Assembly (NCBI GenBank): GCA_963666315.2
Contig: CAXXHG010000046.1
Span: 64,001-128,000 of the forward strand
Length of the DNA stretch: 64,000 nt
Direction: 5' to 3'
DNA from: Candidatus Binatia bacterium
GTDB lineage: Bacteria > Desulfobacterota > Binatia > Bin18
The notes under the pieces are model-generated. The model was not told the DNA's origin and searched no databases. It saw nothing but the letters and a program-made list of their open reading frames with translations. The position numbers and the translations under genes are program-made. This document shows positions 49,333-58,971 of the stretch, piece after piece. Position 1 is the stretch's first letter. Each line of letters starts with the position of its first letter.

Positions 49333-49351
49333 GTGAAAATTCGCGGGACTT
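49333..49351. repeat. Putative integrase arm-type site
   Basis: GTGAAAATTCGCGGGACTT, identical to 41558-41576. Confidence 0.75.
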
Positions 49352-49464
49352 TCACGGGAATTCGGGGGGAATGGAGAGGAATGGGGAGTAGTCACCGTGG
49401 CCCGTAACCCCTGTAGAATTAAAGCTTTTTGCCTCTTTTCGGGGGGTTACGAAACTCACGGTTT

Positions 49465-49488
49465 GTGTTTCCTTCAAACACCAGTGAT
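49465..49488. repeat. att core, right copy (yefM 3' end / yoeB 5' end)
   Basis: Identical 24-mer; yoeB ATG at 49491-49493 on the minus strand reads MRSLVFEGNT. Confidence 0.92.
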
Positions 49489-49746
49489 CTCATTGAGTTC
49501 CTCAGGGGTAGGTGAGTATCCAGAACCCTTAACGTGGGTACGCAGGGGACTGGCAATCTGCCTCATCAGACTGCTATTCTGCAAAACATAGAGCGTTTCT
49601 TCCTCCCGCTCCCAGTCCTCCGCAACCACCACCACAAAATCGTCACCACCACGTCGTGTAACCTTGAGTGGAAGGTGCCGGTCCACTATTTGTTCAACAA
49701 AGGATTTTAAATGTTCTCTAAATTTGTTTACACTGACACTATCTAC
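49474..49746 (-). CDS. yefM: YefM antitoxin (expected start codon reads GTA; possibly inactive)
   Basis: DSVSVNKFREHLK..VTRRGG..FVVV..EDWEREEETLYVLQN; overlaps the yoeB start. Confidence 0.85.
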   Translation of the reverse strand, partial: VDSVSVNKFREHLKSFVEQIVDRHLPLKVTRRGGDDFVVVVAEDWEREEETLYVLQNSSLMRQIASPLRTHVKGSGYSPTPEELNEITGV

Positions 49747-49762
49747 CTTGGCAGCCTTTTTG

Positions 49763-49783
49763 ATGTACTGAATTTGTGTACAT
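49763..49783. promoter_or_regulatory. Putative YefM operator
   Basis: ATGTAC-N9-GTACAT just upstream of yefM; TGTACA cores typify yefM operators. Confidence 0.6.
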
Positions 49784-49912
49784 ACTAGTCTGAGCACTTG
49801 GACAAAGCAATGCAACGTACCGGATGTGTCCGCATAGGTCGCACAGGCCACGCGACGATCATCTCATTTCGTCGGCTGTCGAAAAAATGCGGAGATCTTA
49901 TATTCTCAGGAC

Positions 49913-50737
49913 ATGAACGAACTGCAATCGCAATTCCGTAAAGACGGCGTCGTCTTCATTCAAGGCGCGCTCGACCGCAACACGCTGAAACTAGCCGAGG
50001 CAGCCTTTGACTGGACCTTCAATAATCCGGGGCCTGGCGCTGGGGACCTTCTCATCGGCACACCGGGTACGTTTTATCAGGACCAGGCGAACCCGGAGTG
50101 TTTCGATGCCTACCGTGAACTCTTACAGGACACCTGCATCCCTGATCTCGTAGCCGGGCTACAGGCGAGTGATAACGTATGGTTCTTGTATGAGCAGATC
50201 TGGTTTAAGGACGGTGGCAATACACGGCGTACACCCTGGCATCAGGATCTCCCCTATCTCCCCGTCGAGGGCGATGATCTCGGCGTTTTGTGGACGAACT
50301 TGGATCCGGTCACGCAGGATACGTCACTGGAACTCGTCCAAGGCTCGCACCGTGGCCCGCTATTTAATCCCACGGCCTTTAACCCGGACGACGTAAGCGC
50401 TGCTTTGTTCGACGAGGGAGTCCTGCCGCCCTTGCCGGATATCGAGGCGGCACCTCACGAGTGGCCCATCGTCTCGTGGGCGATGCAGCCCGGCGATGTC
50501 ATCATCTTCCATCCCGCCATGCTGCACGGTGGCGCGCCGACCTACGCAGGCCAGCGTCGCCGGACGCTGTCCGTCCGTTTTTTCGGCGATCATACTTTCT
50601 GCTCGGACCTACCCCACAAAGGCTTAGCCGACGTCGACGGACTCAAGCACGGCGGCGACCTGCATCCGCTGAAGAAAATGGCTACCGTTGCGCCAGGGAC
50701 GCCGTTTCGTCATCCCGATTTTCCCAAACTCAGATAA
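49913..50737 (+). CDS. Phytanoyl-CoA dioxygenase (PhyH) family
   Basis: TPWHQD, GSH, PGDVIIFH..MLHG, RRRTLS. Confidence 0.92.
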   Translation: MNELQSQFRKDGVVFIQGALDRNTLKLAEAAFDWTFNNPGPGAGDLLIGTPGTFYQDQANPECFDAYRELLQDTCIPDLVAGLQASDNVWFLYEQIWFKDGGNTRRTPWHQDLPYLPVEGDDLGVLWTNLDPVTQDTSLELVQGSHRGPLFNPTAFNPDDVSAALFDEGVLPPLPDIEAAPHEWPIVSWAMQPGDVIIFHPAMLHGGAPTYAGQRRRTLSVRFFGDHTFCSDLPHKGLADVDGLKHGGDLHPLKKMATVAPGTPFRHPDFPKLR

Positions 50738-50750
50738 TTTGCGCAGGTCC

Positions 50751-51143
50751 CTACTCAATGACAGCGTCGGCCTCAATCTCAATAAGCAAATCCGGATGAG
50801 CCAGGCGACTGACTTCGACTGCAGTTGAAGCCGGACGGATGGTACCGAAGACCTCGGAATGCGCTTTCGCCAGCGCGTCGAGGTGATCCATAATATTCGT
50901 GGAAAAGATGCGGGTACGCACCACGTCTTTCATCGACGCCCCAGCCTGTTGCAAAGCCGCTTCAATCGTCTTAAGCGCCTGGGCTACCTGCGCGTACGGG
51001 TCGCCCACGCCGGCAACGCTGCCGTCGGGTTGAATCGCGGTGGAACCCGAGACGAAAACCATATTCCCGACTCTCACGGCCCGCGAGAAGCCAAAGGTCG
51101 GCTCAAACGGAGAACCAGAAGAAATATTTTTCCGAGTCGCCAT
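50751..51143 (-). CDS. RidA/YjgF family protein
   Basis: GFSRAVRVG..VFVSG, DVVRTRIF, RPAST.VEV, IEIEA. Confidence 0.93.
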   Translation of the reverse strand: MATRKNISSGSPFEPTFGFSRAVRVGNMVFVSGSTAIQPDGSVAGVGDPYAQVAQALKTIEAALQQAGASMKDVVRTRIFSTNIMDHLDALAKAHSEVFGTIRPASTAVEVSRLAHPDLLIEIEADAVIE

Positions 51144-51228
51144 ACCATACTCCTTTCATCATATTGACTGCGATGCGAAAGCCCACGGAGTCTGCGTTTA
51201 CCACAGCGGCCGTCTCTCCATCAAACAT

Positions 51229-51363
51229 CTATTCAAGGATGTAGCGTCGCAATCCTTCGATTGCCGACACCACCCCGGTATGGCGTCGCTGCCAATGCTC
51301 CAGAAACGCGGCAGATGTCATGCCAGGACGGCGGCGAAAAAACTCGGTGAATTTGATAGCCAA
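51229..51363 (-). pseudogene. EthD-domain fragment
   Basis: SD GGAGG, TTG start; IKF..F.RRRPGMT...F.EHW...H......GLRRY, then premature end. Confidence 0.65.
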
Positions 51364-51477
51364 CGTTTCCCTCCTATTTAGAAAAACCCTATTGCGTAAT
51401 ACAAGTAACGTTACCGTGCCCAAACAAATTGTATTATGCAACTCCACTTCTCAAAACCGAAAGGCAGGATTCACACC

Positions 51478-53361
51478 ATGCTGAAGCAGCTGTCAAAAAT
51501 ACAGGCCGTACTCCTTCCTCTCTCGTTCTTTCTATTTATAGGCACCGAAACCTGGGCGTCGCGTGATGGCGAAACGATCTACAATGGAGAGTGCGCGACC
51601 TGTCATACGAGTGGCGCGGAGCGGATGCCAACGTTGCAAACTTTGAAAGCTATGCCGACTGAATCCATTGTCCAATCCTTAGAATCCGGCACCATGCGGA
51701 TCATTGGCACCTTTAATCTCAACGGGCCGGAACGTGTTGCCGTTGCTGAGTACATCACTGGCAAAACGTACGATCCTAATTGGAATGCTCAGCAGCAAAA
51801 TACATGTACTGACCAAAGCTGGCCGCGCGCAAAAGCTGAAAACACTTTTATCGAACCACACTGGAACGGCTGGGGCAACGGCCTAGAGAATAGGCGTTTC
51901 CAGAATGCCGAGTCTGCCAAACTCAGCCTCAACGATGTGAAAAAGCTTGAACTGCAATGGGCGTTTGCTTTCCCTGGCGAAACCATTGCCGAATCGCAAC
52001 CGACCGTCGTGGGAGGGCGGATCTTCGTTGGCAGTCGAAGCGGCGTGGTGTATTCACTAGACGCCAAAACCGCGTGCATCCACTGGACCTATCAAGCCGA
52101 CGGACCGGTGAAAAATTCAGTCCTTATTGGTGAAGCCACAGTTGGCAGTGCACAGCAGCTGGTCGCCTACTTTGGCGATCTTGGCGGCAACGCCTATGCA
52201 GTCAATGCACAAGACGGACGCCTGCTATGGCGCAAGCGAGTCGACGATCACCCAGCTGCGCGCATTATGGGTAGTTTTCAGTTGATCGGGAATCAGCTTA
52301 TTGTCCCGGTGACTTCTCTTGAGTCCACCCTTGTTGCAAAGGTTGCTGCCACTTGCTGTACATTCCGTGGCAGCGTCGTGTCCTATGACGCGAGCAGTGG
52401 CGAACAACGCTGGAAGCGATACACCATCGACCAGGAACCCGCAAAGGTCGGGGAGAATGCCAACGGCGCGGACATCTATGGACCTGCTGGTGCCACGGTG
52501 TGGACGGCACCGACTTTTGATGCCAAGAAGCGCTTGCTGTATATCGGTACGGGCGAGAATTCCGTCAACCCGCCGACAACAACGAGTGACGCTGTGCTTG
52601 CCGTCAACGTTGACACCTCGGATGTCGTGTGGACCTACTAGGGTTTGAGCGGAGATGCCTGGAATATGTCCTGTGGGACGGAGGACAAAGTCAATTGTCC
52701 TCAAGACGCCGGCCCTGACTATGACATGGGCAGTTCGCCGAGCTTATCCACGCTCGCAAATGGGAAGCGCGTGCTGATTGCAACCCAAAAGTCGGGAGTA
52801 GTGCATGCCCTGGACCCCGATGACAATGGGAAACTGCTGTGGCAGCGACAAGTCGCCCAAGGCGGTATTCTGGGCGGGATCGAATGGGGGCCGGCGACTG
52901 ATGGTAAAAACATCTACGTAGCCATTGCCGACATTAGCTGGGACAGTGAAGACCTGCTCGACCCCGCTTTGGCCCTGAACCCCAATGCAGGCGGTGGCCT
53001 GGTAGCGCTCGACCTTGCAGACGGACACGTGGTGTGGGAAGCGCCTGCGATCACCTGTGGGGACCGCCCGCAGTGCAGCCCAGCCCAAACAGCGGCCGTG
53101 ACTGCGATCCCGGGTGTCGTGTTCGCCGGTTCGATCAGTGGTCATTTGCGTGCGTTCGACACGCGGGACGGTAGGGTGCTCTGGACATACGACACCGCGC
53201 GCACGTACCAAACCGTGAATAAAGCCAAGGGCAAGGGCGGTGCGCTCGATGCCACAGGCCCAGTAGTGGTCGACGGCTGGATGTACGTTGTCTCCGGCTA
53301 CAGCAAATGGGGCGGGCTACCAGGCAACGTCCTGCTTGCCTTTGCTCCGGCCAAGGAGTAG
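51478..53361 (+). pseudogene. Cytochrome c-fused PQQ dehydrogenase (PVA-dehydrogenase-like) with in-frame TAG 52639-52641
   Basis: CATCH heme motif, L.LQWAF, CCTFRGS, PQQ repeats; WTY*GLSGDAWN stays in frame. Confidence 0.88.
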
Positions 53362-53572
53362 TCAGGACCTTTTCTCTTGAAGGAGAAGGTGTCAGCTCAT
53401 CTAGCCTGAGTGCTTCAACGCGATGCGTTGACAGGGCCAATCAGGGTGCTATGGGCAGAAGTAAGAAGCAGTGGGAAAAACCGCTGCACGAGCAGCTGTA
53501 GAGCCGTGCTCTAATACGGTATAGGTCGGTCCGATTCATGTTGGGTCAACGTTCTCCCGACGGAGGAGTCCT

Positions 53573-54712
53573 ATGAAGTTCGGTGTCTTTCTCCCTAACG
53601 GCAGTAATGGCTATATTATGAGCAAGGCGATTACGCCGTATATGCCGACGTGGGAGCTGAACAGAGATATTACCCTTGAAGCGGAGCGCTTCGGGTTTGA
53701 TTTCGTCTTATCCATGATAAAATTTCGCGGGTTCGGTGGCGAGACAGGGTATTGGGATGGGTGCCTGGAGTCGTTTTCGCTTACCTCAGCTTTAGCCACA
53801 GTAACGAAGCGGATCGGATTGATTCCGACTGCGCCGCTCCTAGCGCTTCATCCTGCCTATGTGGCTCGGACAATGGCAACGCTGGACGACATTAGCGGTG
53901 GTCGTGTCGCGCTCAATATTGTCACGGGATGGAATAAGCCCGAGTATGCCCAGATGGGTCTGTGGCGCGGTGATGAGTATTACGAGCAACGCTATGCGTA
54001 TGCGCTCGACTACGTACACGTACTACGAACCCTCTGGAGAGACGGGACAATGACTCACCACAGTCCGTACTTTGATCTGGACGACTGCCAGTGTTTGCCC
54101 ACGCCCACGCACGAGATTCCCCTCGTTTCCGCGGGGCAGTCGAGTGCTGGCCAAGATTTTGTCTCTCGGATTGGTGGACACAGTTTTGCGATGGTTGCCC
54201 CCGACCGGCTGCATGCTATCGCCTCCGGCCTCAAGCAAGCGGGAGCCAAGTACGGTACGCGGGTGGGCATCTACGGATTGTTTCAAATTGTCGCAGCAGA
54301 AACCGACGACCAAGCCTGGCAGACGGCCGCAGATATCGTGGCCGGAGGCGATATAGAAGCAATCAAGTCGCTGGTTTATTCCGCAAGTCTGGATACGGTC
54401 AAGGGTGGCACCTCGGGCCAGTTCCGGAATGAAGACGCTGGCGCTGATGAAGACTTGCTGGCCGGGGACATTGAGGCCGGGAATATGGTTTTTATGAATG
54501 TGCCCGTCCTGGTGGGCTCATATGAGACGATCGCCCGAAAGATCGACAATATTTCCAAGGATCAGAACATTGAGGGTATGTTATTCACCTGGCCGGACTG
54601 GGTCGCAGGGATTCAAACTTTTGGCGATCGTATATTACCGCTGCTCAACTGTCGGAAAGATTGGGATGGTGCAACCATGGGAGACCTACGGACACTCCGA
54701 GCCGACTTCTGA
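53573..54712 (+). CDS. LLM monooxygenase, RutA-like
   Basis: MKFGVFLPNG.NG, LSMIKFRGFGG.T..WD..LES, NIVTGW..PEY.QMGLW, SAGQS. Confidence 0.92.
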   Translation: MKFGVFLPNGSNGYIMSKAITPYMPTWELNRDITLEAERFGFDFVLSMIKFRGFGGETGYWDGCLESFSLTSALATVTKRIGLIPTAPLLALHPAYVARTMATLDDISGGRVALNIVTGWNKPEYAQMGLWRGDEYYEQRYAYALDYVHVLRTLWRDGTMTHHSPYFDLDDCQCLPTPTHEIPLVSAGQSSAGQDFVSRIGGHSFAMVAPDRLHAIASGLKQAGAKYGTRVGIYGLFQIVAAETDDQAWQTAADIVAGGDIEAIKSLVYSASLDTVKGGTSGQFRNEDAGADEDLLAGDIEAGNMVFMNVPVLVGSYETIARKIDNISKDQNIEGMLFTWPDWVAGIQTFGDRILPLLNCRKDWDGATMGDLRTLRADF

Positions 54713-54752
54713 ATCATTCTCCTCTTATCCATCGATTCAAAAGGAAAAAACC

Positions 54753-56355
54753 ATGCAAAAATCGACGCGCGGAGCCCCAGGTATGACGGCGCAGGAAGAT
54801 CATACCGGCAATGGCCAAGCACCACATCAGTCCAAGGATACACAGCCAAGAGTCGTACGCGAGCCGCCAACGGGCAAGGAATTTCTGGAAGGGCTGCGCG
54901 ACGGGCGCGTCATCTATTTTGATGGTGAGTTAGTCAAAGATGTCACCACCCATCCGGCCTTTGCCACCAGCGCCCGTTCGTATGCCCGCATGTACGACAC
55001 GCTGCATGACCCAGAGAAGTATGATGTGTTGACCTACGTAACTGAGCGAGGCGCCCGTTCACATAAGTTCTACAAGCTGCCACGTACTCACCAAGACCTC
55101 TTCGAGGCGCGGGATGCGATCGCCGAGTGGGCACGACTACAAGGCCGCGTTAGTCGGGACCCTGGCCTGTGACGTAGACTTCTACGGTGAGTACGCTCCG
55201 AACGTACAGCGTTGGTATGAAAAGATCGCCGATGAGGTGATGTTCGTCAATCTGAGTCTGGTCAATCCAGCTGGCGACCGTTCAAAGCCACCGGCTGAGC
55301 AGCGCGATGTCTACATGCACGTCGTTAAAGAGCGAGACGATGGCATTGTTGTTCGTGTTGCTCGCATGGTCTCCACTGGGGCCGCCTTCAGCCATGTCGC
55401 CTATATGAGCCAGTATATCCAGCCGGCGGGACTGGCTGAGAACGAAGAAGACTTCGCGATCGGCTTCTTCGTGCCCTTCAATGTCCCAGGCCTCACGTTC
55501 ATGGGCCGGTACTCCCACGAATATCTGGCTAAAAAGATCGGCTCTCCTTTTGACTACCCGCTCTCCAGCCGGTTTGACGAGTCTGATCTGAGTATCGTGC
55601 TCGACGACGTGTTTATCCCCTGGGAAGATGTGACTGTGTACCGCAACCCTGCGGTTGTGAACGGTCTCTTCCCGCGAGGCTTTGCCCGGCGGTTTGCCTT
55701 CCACGCTGCTGCACGGACTGCAGTCAAGCTCGATTTTATCTGCGGCCTGTTCCTCCAGGCGACAGAGATGCAGCAGAAGACCGGCTTCCGCGAGGTACAA
55801 GCGGTGATCGGCGAGTTACTCGGCATGCGGCACAATATCTGGGCCCTCTCCACGGCAATGGCCGCCGATGCCGAGCCTGGGCCAGGGGGGTATTTGCTGC
55901 CAAAGACAGAGTACGCACTCCAGTGGCGCAATATTTACGGCGACACCTTTAGCCGGGCTCGGACCATGTTTCACAATCTGCTGTCCGGCAACTTGATCCA
56001 GATTCCTTCTTCGGCTCAGGACTTCAAGAATCCAGACAGTCGACCATTACTTGACCGTTACTGGAAAGGCGCGACCGCCACGGCGGAGGAACGGGTGAAG
56101 CTGTTGCGCGTGATCTGGGATATGTTTTTGACAGAGTTCGCTGGCCGGACAGAGGCCCACGAACGCAACTTCGCCGGCGGCTACGAAGCGAATCGGGTCG
56201 AGACATACCAAGCGGCAGAGCATTCGGGCCTGAATTCCAAGATGAAAGCCATGGTCGACGAATGCATGAGTCACTACGATCTCGACGGCTGGACGGATTC
56301 TACGTGGGCAGACGTGCCCTGGTCGACCTCGGATTCAAAACCAGATTCAGAATAG
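54753..56355 (+). pseudogene. 4-hydroxyphenylacetate 3-monooxygenase (HpaB-like) oxygenase with a deletion-frameshift
   Basis: TGKEFLEGLRDGR, DVTTHPAF, FDYPLSSRFDE, RVKL..IWD; AEWAR joins DYKAA out of frame at ~55135, conserved GRSP segment missing. Confidence 0.88.
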
Positions 56356-56391
56356 GCAGACTGTCTGGCCAGCAACTAAAGGAACCAGCAT

Positions 56392-57672
56392 TCAGTCAGC
56401 TACGCCCTCGGCTGGCATACTTTCAGGTTCCCACACAATCGGCCGAATCGGAACGGTCAACAGAATGATCGAACAGACAACGCCGACACCTGCGGAAACA
56501 AAAAACGGCAGTAGCCAATTACCATCACCCGCGAGCATATAGCCCGCGCTCAGCGGTCCCAGAAATCCAGCGAATGTTCCCAAGGTGTTAATAAAGCCAA
56601 ATATCGCACCAGCCAAATTCGGATTAAATTCCATCGCCACGGTCGAAAAGCCAGACAACGCAGTCGTAAAACAGGTGTAGAAGAGAACCAGGAAGACGAC
56701 ACATACTCCGGCCGATGGAGTCAGCGCAGCAGTTAATAAACAGGGGACTGCGCATGCAACGCCTATCCCCCCTAATCGCAGACGGGCAAACTCAGCGCTC
56801 CAGCCCTTCCGCAACAGATAATCTGCCAGCGCGCCACCGCCAACCAGTCCAATAAACCCGCCCCCATGCACAAAAACACCGAGCGTCCCCATGGCCATGA
56901 GTGTAAAACCTCGTGCTTCTACCAAATAGGTCGGAAACCAAAACAAAAACAGCCAACCAATATAGGCAAAACACATAAAACCAAGCGCAATCACCAGCAG
57001 CGACCAGTTAGTAAAGAGAAGCCCAAGCGGTAGCGGCACCTTCGGCTTGGGACTGACATGCGCCGCAATATAACTCTGTTCCTCAGCCGTAACGCTGGCA
57101 TGGGTTTCAGGAGAATCCGTCGCATACCAGAGCCAGATAAAAATCCACACGATTCCCAGGATGGCATTCACATAAAAAACCATATGCCACGAACTGTGCA
57201 GAATAATCCAGGTCGTGAGCGGATAGGCCACCATCTGGCCGACTGTAATACCGGAGATGCTGATATTATGAGCCAGGCCAAACTCAGAGCGTGGAATCCA
57301 GCGGGCATTGATCGATGCCATAGCCGGGAATGTCATGGACTCGAACACGCCGACCAAAAAACGATACGCTAACAGCAGAGCAAACGCCCGCTCGGCAAAC
57401 GGAGTCAAAAAGGTAAACACTGAAAAGCCCAAAAAAGCGAGGGCCAAAACCTTGCGGCCACTCCAGCGATCCGCCAGCACGCCGCCCGGCAGCTGTCCGC
57501 TGGCATAGCCAATCAAAAAGATTGAAAACACCCAGCCGAAGAGGTCTTTATCCCACCCTGTGGCCGCCATTATGACCGGAGCCGCAACAGAGATATTGAC
57601 CCGATCGATGTAATTAATGACCGAGCTGCAAAACAGGAGCCCAATCATGTTGTAGCGAACCGGCCAAGCCAT
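56392..57672 (-). CDS. MFS transporter, ACS (anion:cation symporter)-like
   Basis: INYIDRVNISVA, GYA.GQLPGG.LADR, RFLVG..E...FPA. Confidence 0.93.
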   Translation of the reverse strand: MAWPVRYNMIGLLFCSSVINYIDRVNISVAAPVIMAATGWDKDLFGWVFSIFLIGYASGQLPGGVLADRWSGRKVLALAFLGFSVFTFLTPFAERAFALLLAYRFLVGVFESMTFPAMASINARWIPRSEFGLAHNISISGITVGQMVAYPLTTWIILHSSWHMVFYVNAILGIVWIFIWLWYATDSPETHASVTAEEQSYIAAHVSPKPKVPLPLGLLFTNWSLLVIALGFMCFAYIGWLFLFWFPTYLVEARGFTLMAMGTLGVFVHGGGFIGLVGGGALADYLLRKGWSAEFARLRLGGIGVACAVPCLLTAALTPSAGVCVVFLVLFYTCFTTALSGFSTVAMEFNPNLAGAIFGFINTLGTFAGFLGPLSAGYMLAGDGNWLLPFFVSAGVGVVCSIILLTVPIRPIVWEPESMPAEGVAD

Positions 57673-57718
57673 TATTCTTGCCTGCTTCCTTGAATCCGAG
57701 CCGTGCTCCCACGTGCTC

Positions 57719-58813
57719 TTACCATGTCCCCCTGCGCTGAGAGCCGCCTGGGCCGCTATAGGAGGCAGTATAGCCCGGCTCACGCTGGAACAGATCTTTC
57801 GGAATCGTATCGACCGCTTGTTTCCAGGCTGCGACTAATCGATCCTCGGCTGCATAGTCAAACGGATCTTGCAGCATCGTTTCCTCTCGCCCCCCACGTT
57901 CCAGTGGATTGTCGCGCAGCCACACCGCGGCCTGTTTGATACCTTCAACTGGCAAGACAATATCCCGATAGCCCAGCTCTGATTTTATTTTGGTGAGATC
58001 AAACACGCGGTGGGTCGTCCAGGGTTGTGTGATTAAGGGCCTGGCGCTTATGGCCAGCTCGTACGGCATCGAAACAATCTCCCACACGTGATCGAGAGCT
58101 TCAGCACACAGTTGCACCACTTGTTTCAGAGTTAAGACATGATCATCCCCACAGTTGTACACCTGTCCGGCTGCAACCTCGGGTTGATCCACGGCCAGCA
58201 GCAAGGCGTGAGCGACGTTAGCAGCCGCCCCAGAGTGGTTCAGCGATAAACCGTCATCGGGAATGATGATGGAAGAACGTTTGTCCACTATACGTCGGAC
58301 AATGGGCCATTCTCGCGGGACGACTTGATACGCTCCATAGATTTGAGGATAGCGAAAATGAGTGGCGCTGGGGTGGTGTTTGAATACCACTTCCTCCGAG
58401 CGATACACCCGGAAGCCTTTGCCATCTTCGGCTTCGCTCGCAGTCTTGGTCGCATCTTCGGCAGTGGGTACAGGTAGTCCCGGAGGTTGAACCATGTCGG
58501 CATTCATATAGCCTCGGTAAGCGGGCCCCCCACCAACCGAGATAAACCGCTCAGTCCGACCGACCATAATCTCGACCACCCGACGCAAGCGGCCGTACAT
58601 GGCCATGGTCAGATCAAAATGAGAATCGCCAAGGGCATCAATCAATGCCTGGTCATCAAACGGGTTAGTATGAAGGTGGACCACAGATTCAGGAATCTCA
58701 TCCACCTCGTGGTTGCCGGTATGCAAAATAGACACATCGAATCCGCGCTCGATCAATCCATTGACGATAAAGTGCCCCGTCGGTCCAGTCCCACCGATGA
58801 CTAAGGCCTGCAT
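57719..58813 (-). CDS. NAD-dependent epimerase/dehydratase family protein
   Basis: LVIGGTGPTG, FRYPQIYG, GQVYNCGD. Confidence 0.88.
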   Translation of the reverse strand: MQALVIGGTGPTGHFIVNGLIERGFDVSILHTGNHEVDEIPESVVHLHTNPFDDQALIDALGDSHFDLTMAMYGRLRRVVEIMVGRTERFISVGGGPAYRGYMNADMVQPPGLPVPTAEDATKTASEAEDGKGFRVYRSEEVVFKHHPSATHFRYPQIYGAYQVVPREWPIVRRIVDKRSSIIIPDDGLSLNHSGAAANVAHALLLAVDQPEVAAGQVYNCGDDHVLTLKQVVQLCAEALDHVWEIVSMPYELAISARPLITQPWTTHRVFDLTKIKSELGYRDIVLPVEGIKQAAVWLRDNPLERGGREETMLQDPFDYAAEDRLVAAWKQAVDTIPKDLFQREPGYTASYSGPGGSQRRGTW

Positions 58814-58910
58814 TGTTGTTTCACTCCAGTATTCTCTTCATTTATTCCCTAGCCTCGGCATCACCTGGCGATGATCGCTAGGAGGGGCCGATCTCGATTA
58901 TGTGACGCAT

Positions 58911-58943
58911 TACCCGGATTCCACTCCGTTCCATCCAGGCTAC
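58911..58943 (-). repeat. GTAG-type REP
   Basis: Reverse complement CGTAGCCTGGATGGAACGGAGTGGAATCCGGG. Confidence 0.6.
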
Positions 58944-58971
58944 GCTATTTGACTTGCTCTCTCCGTTTTCT

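Larger units (their letters stand above)
41445..49488. mobile_element. Degenerate tyrosine-integrase element inserted in yoeB
   Basis: Identical 24-bp ends, integrase remnant at the left end, 19-bp internal repeats near both ends, split target gene. Confidence 0.88.

Noticed and set aside
41445-49488. Prophage
   Set aside because: No capsid, terminase, portal, replication or lysis genes; the fibre-like protein has a signal peptide.
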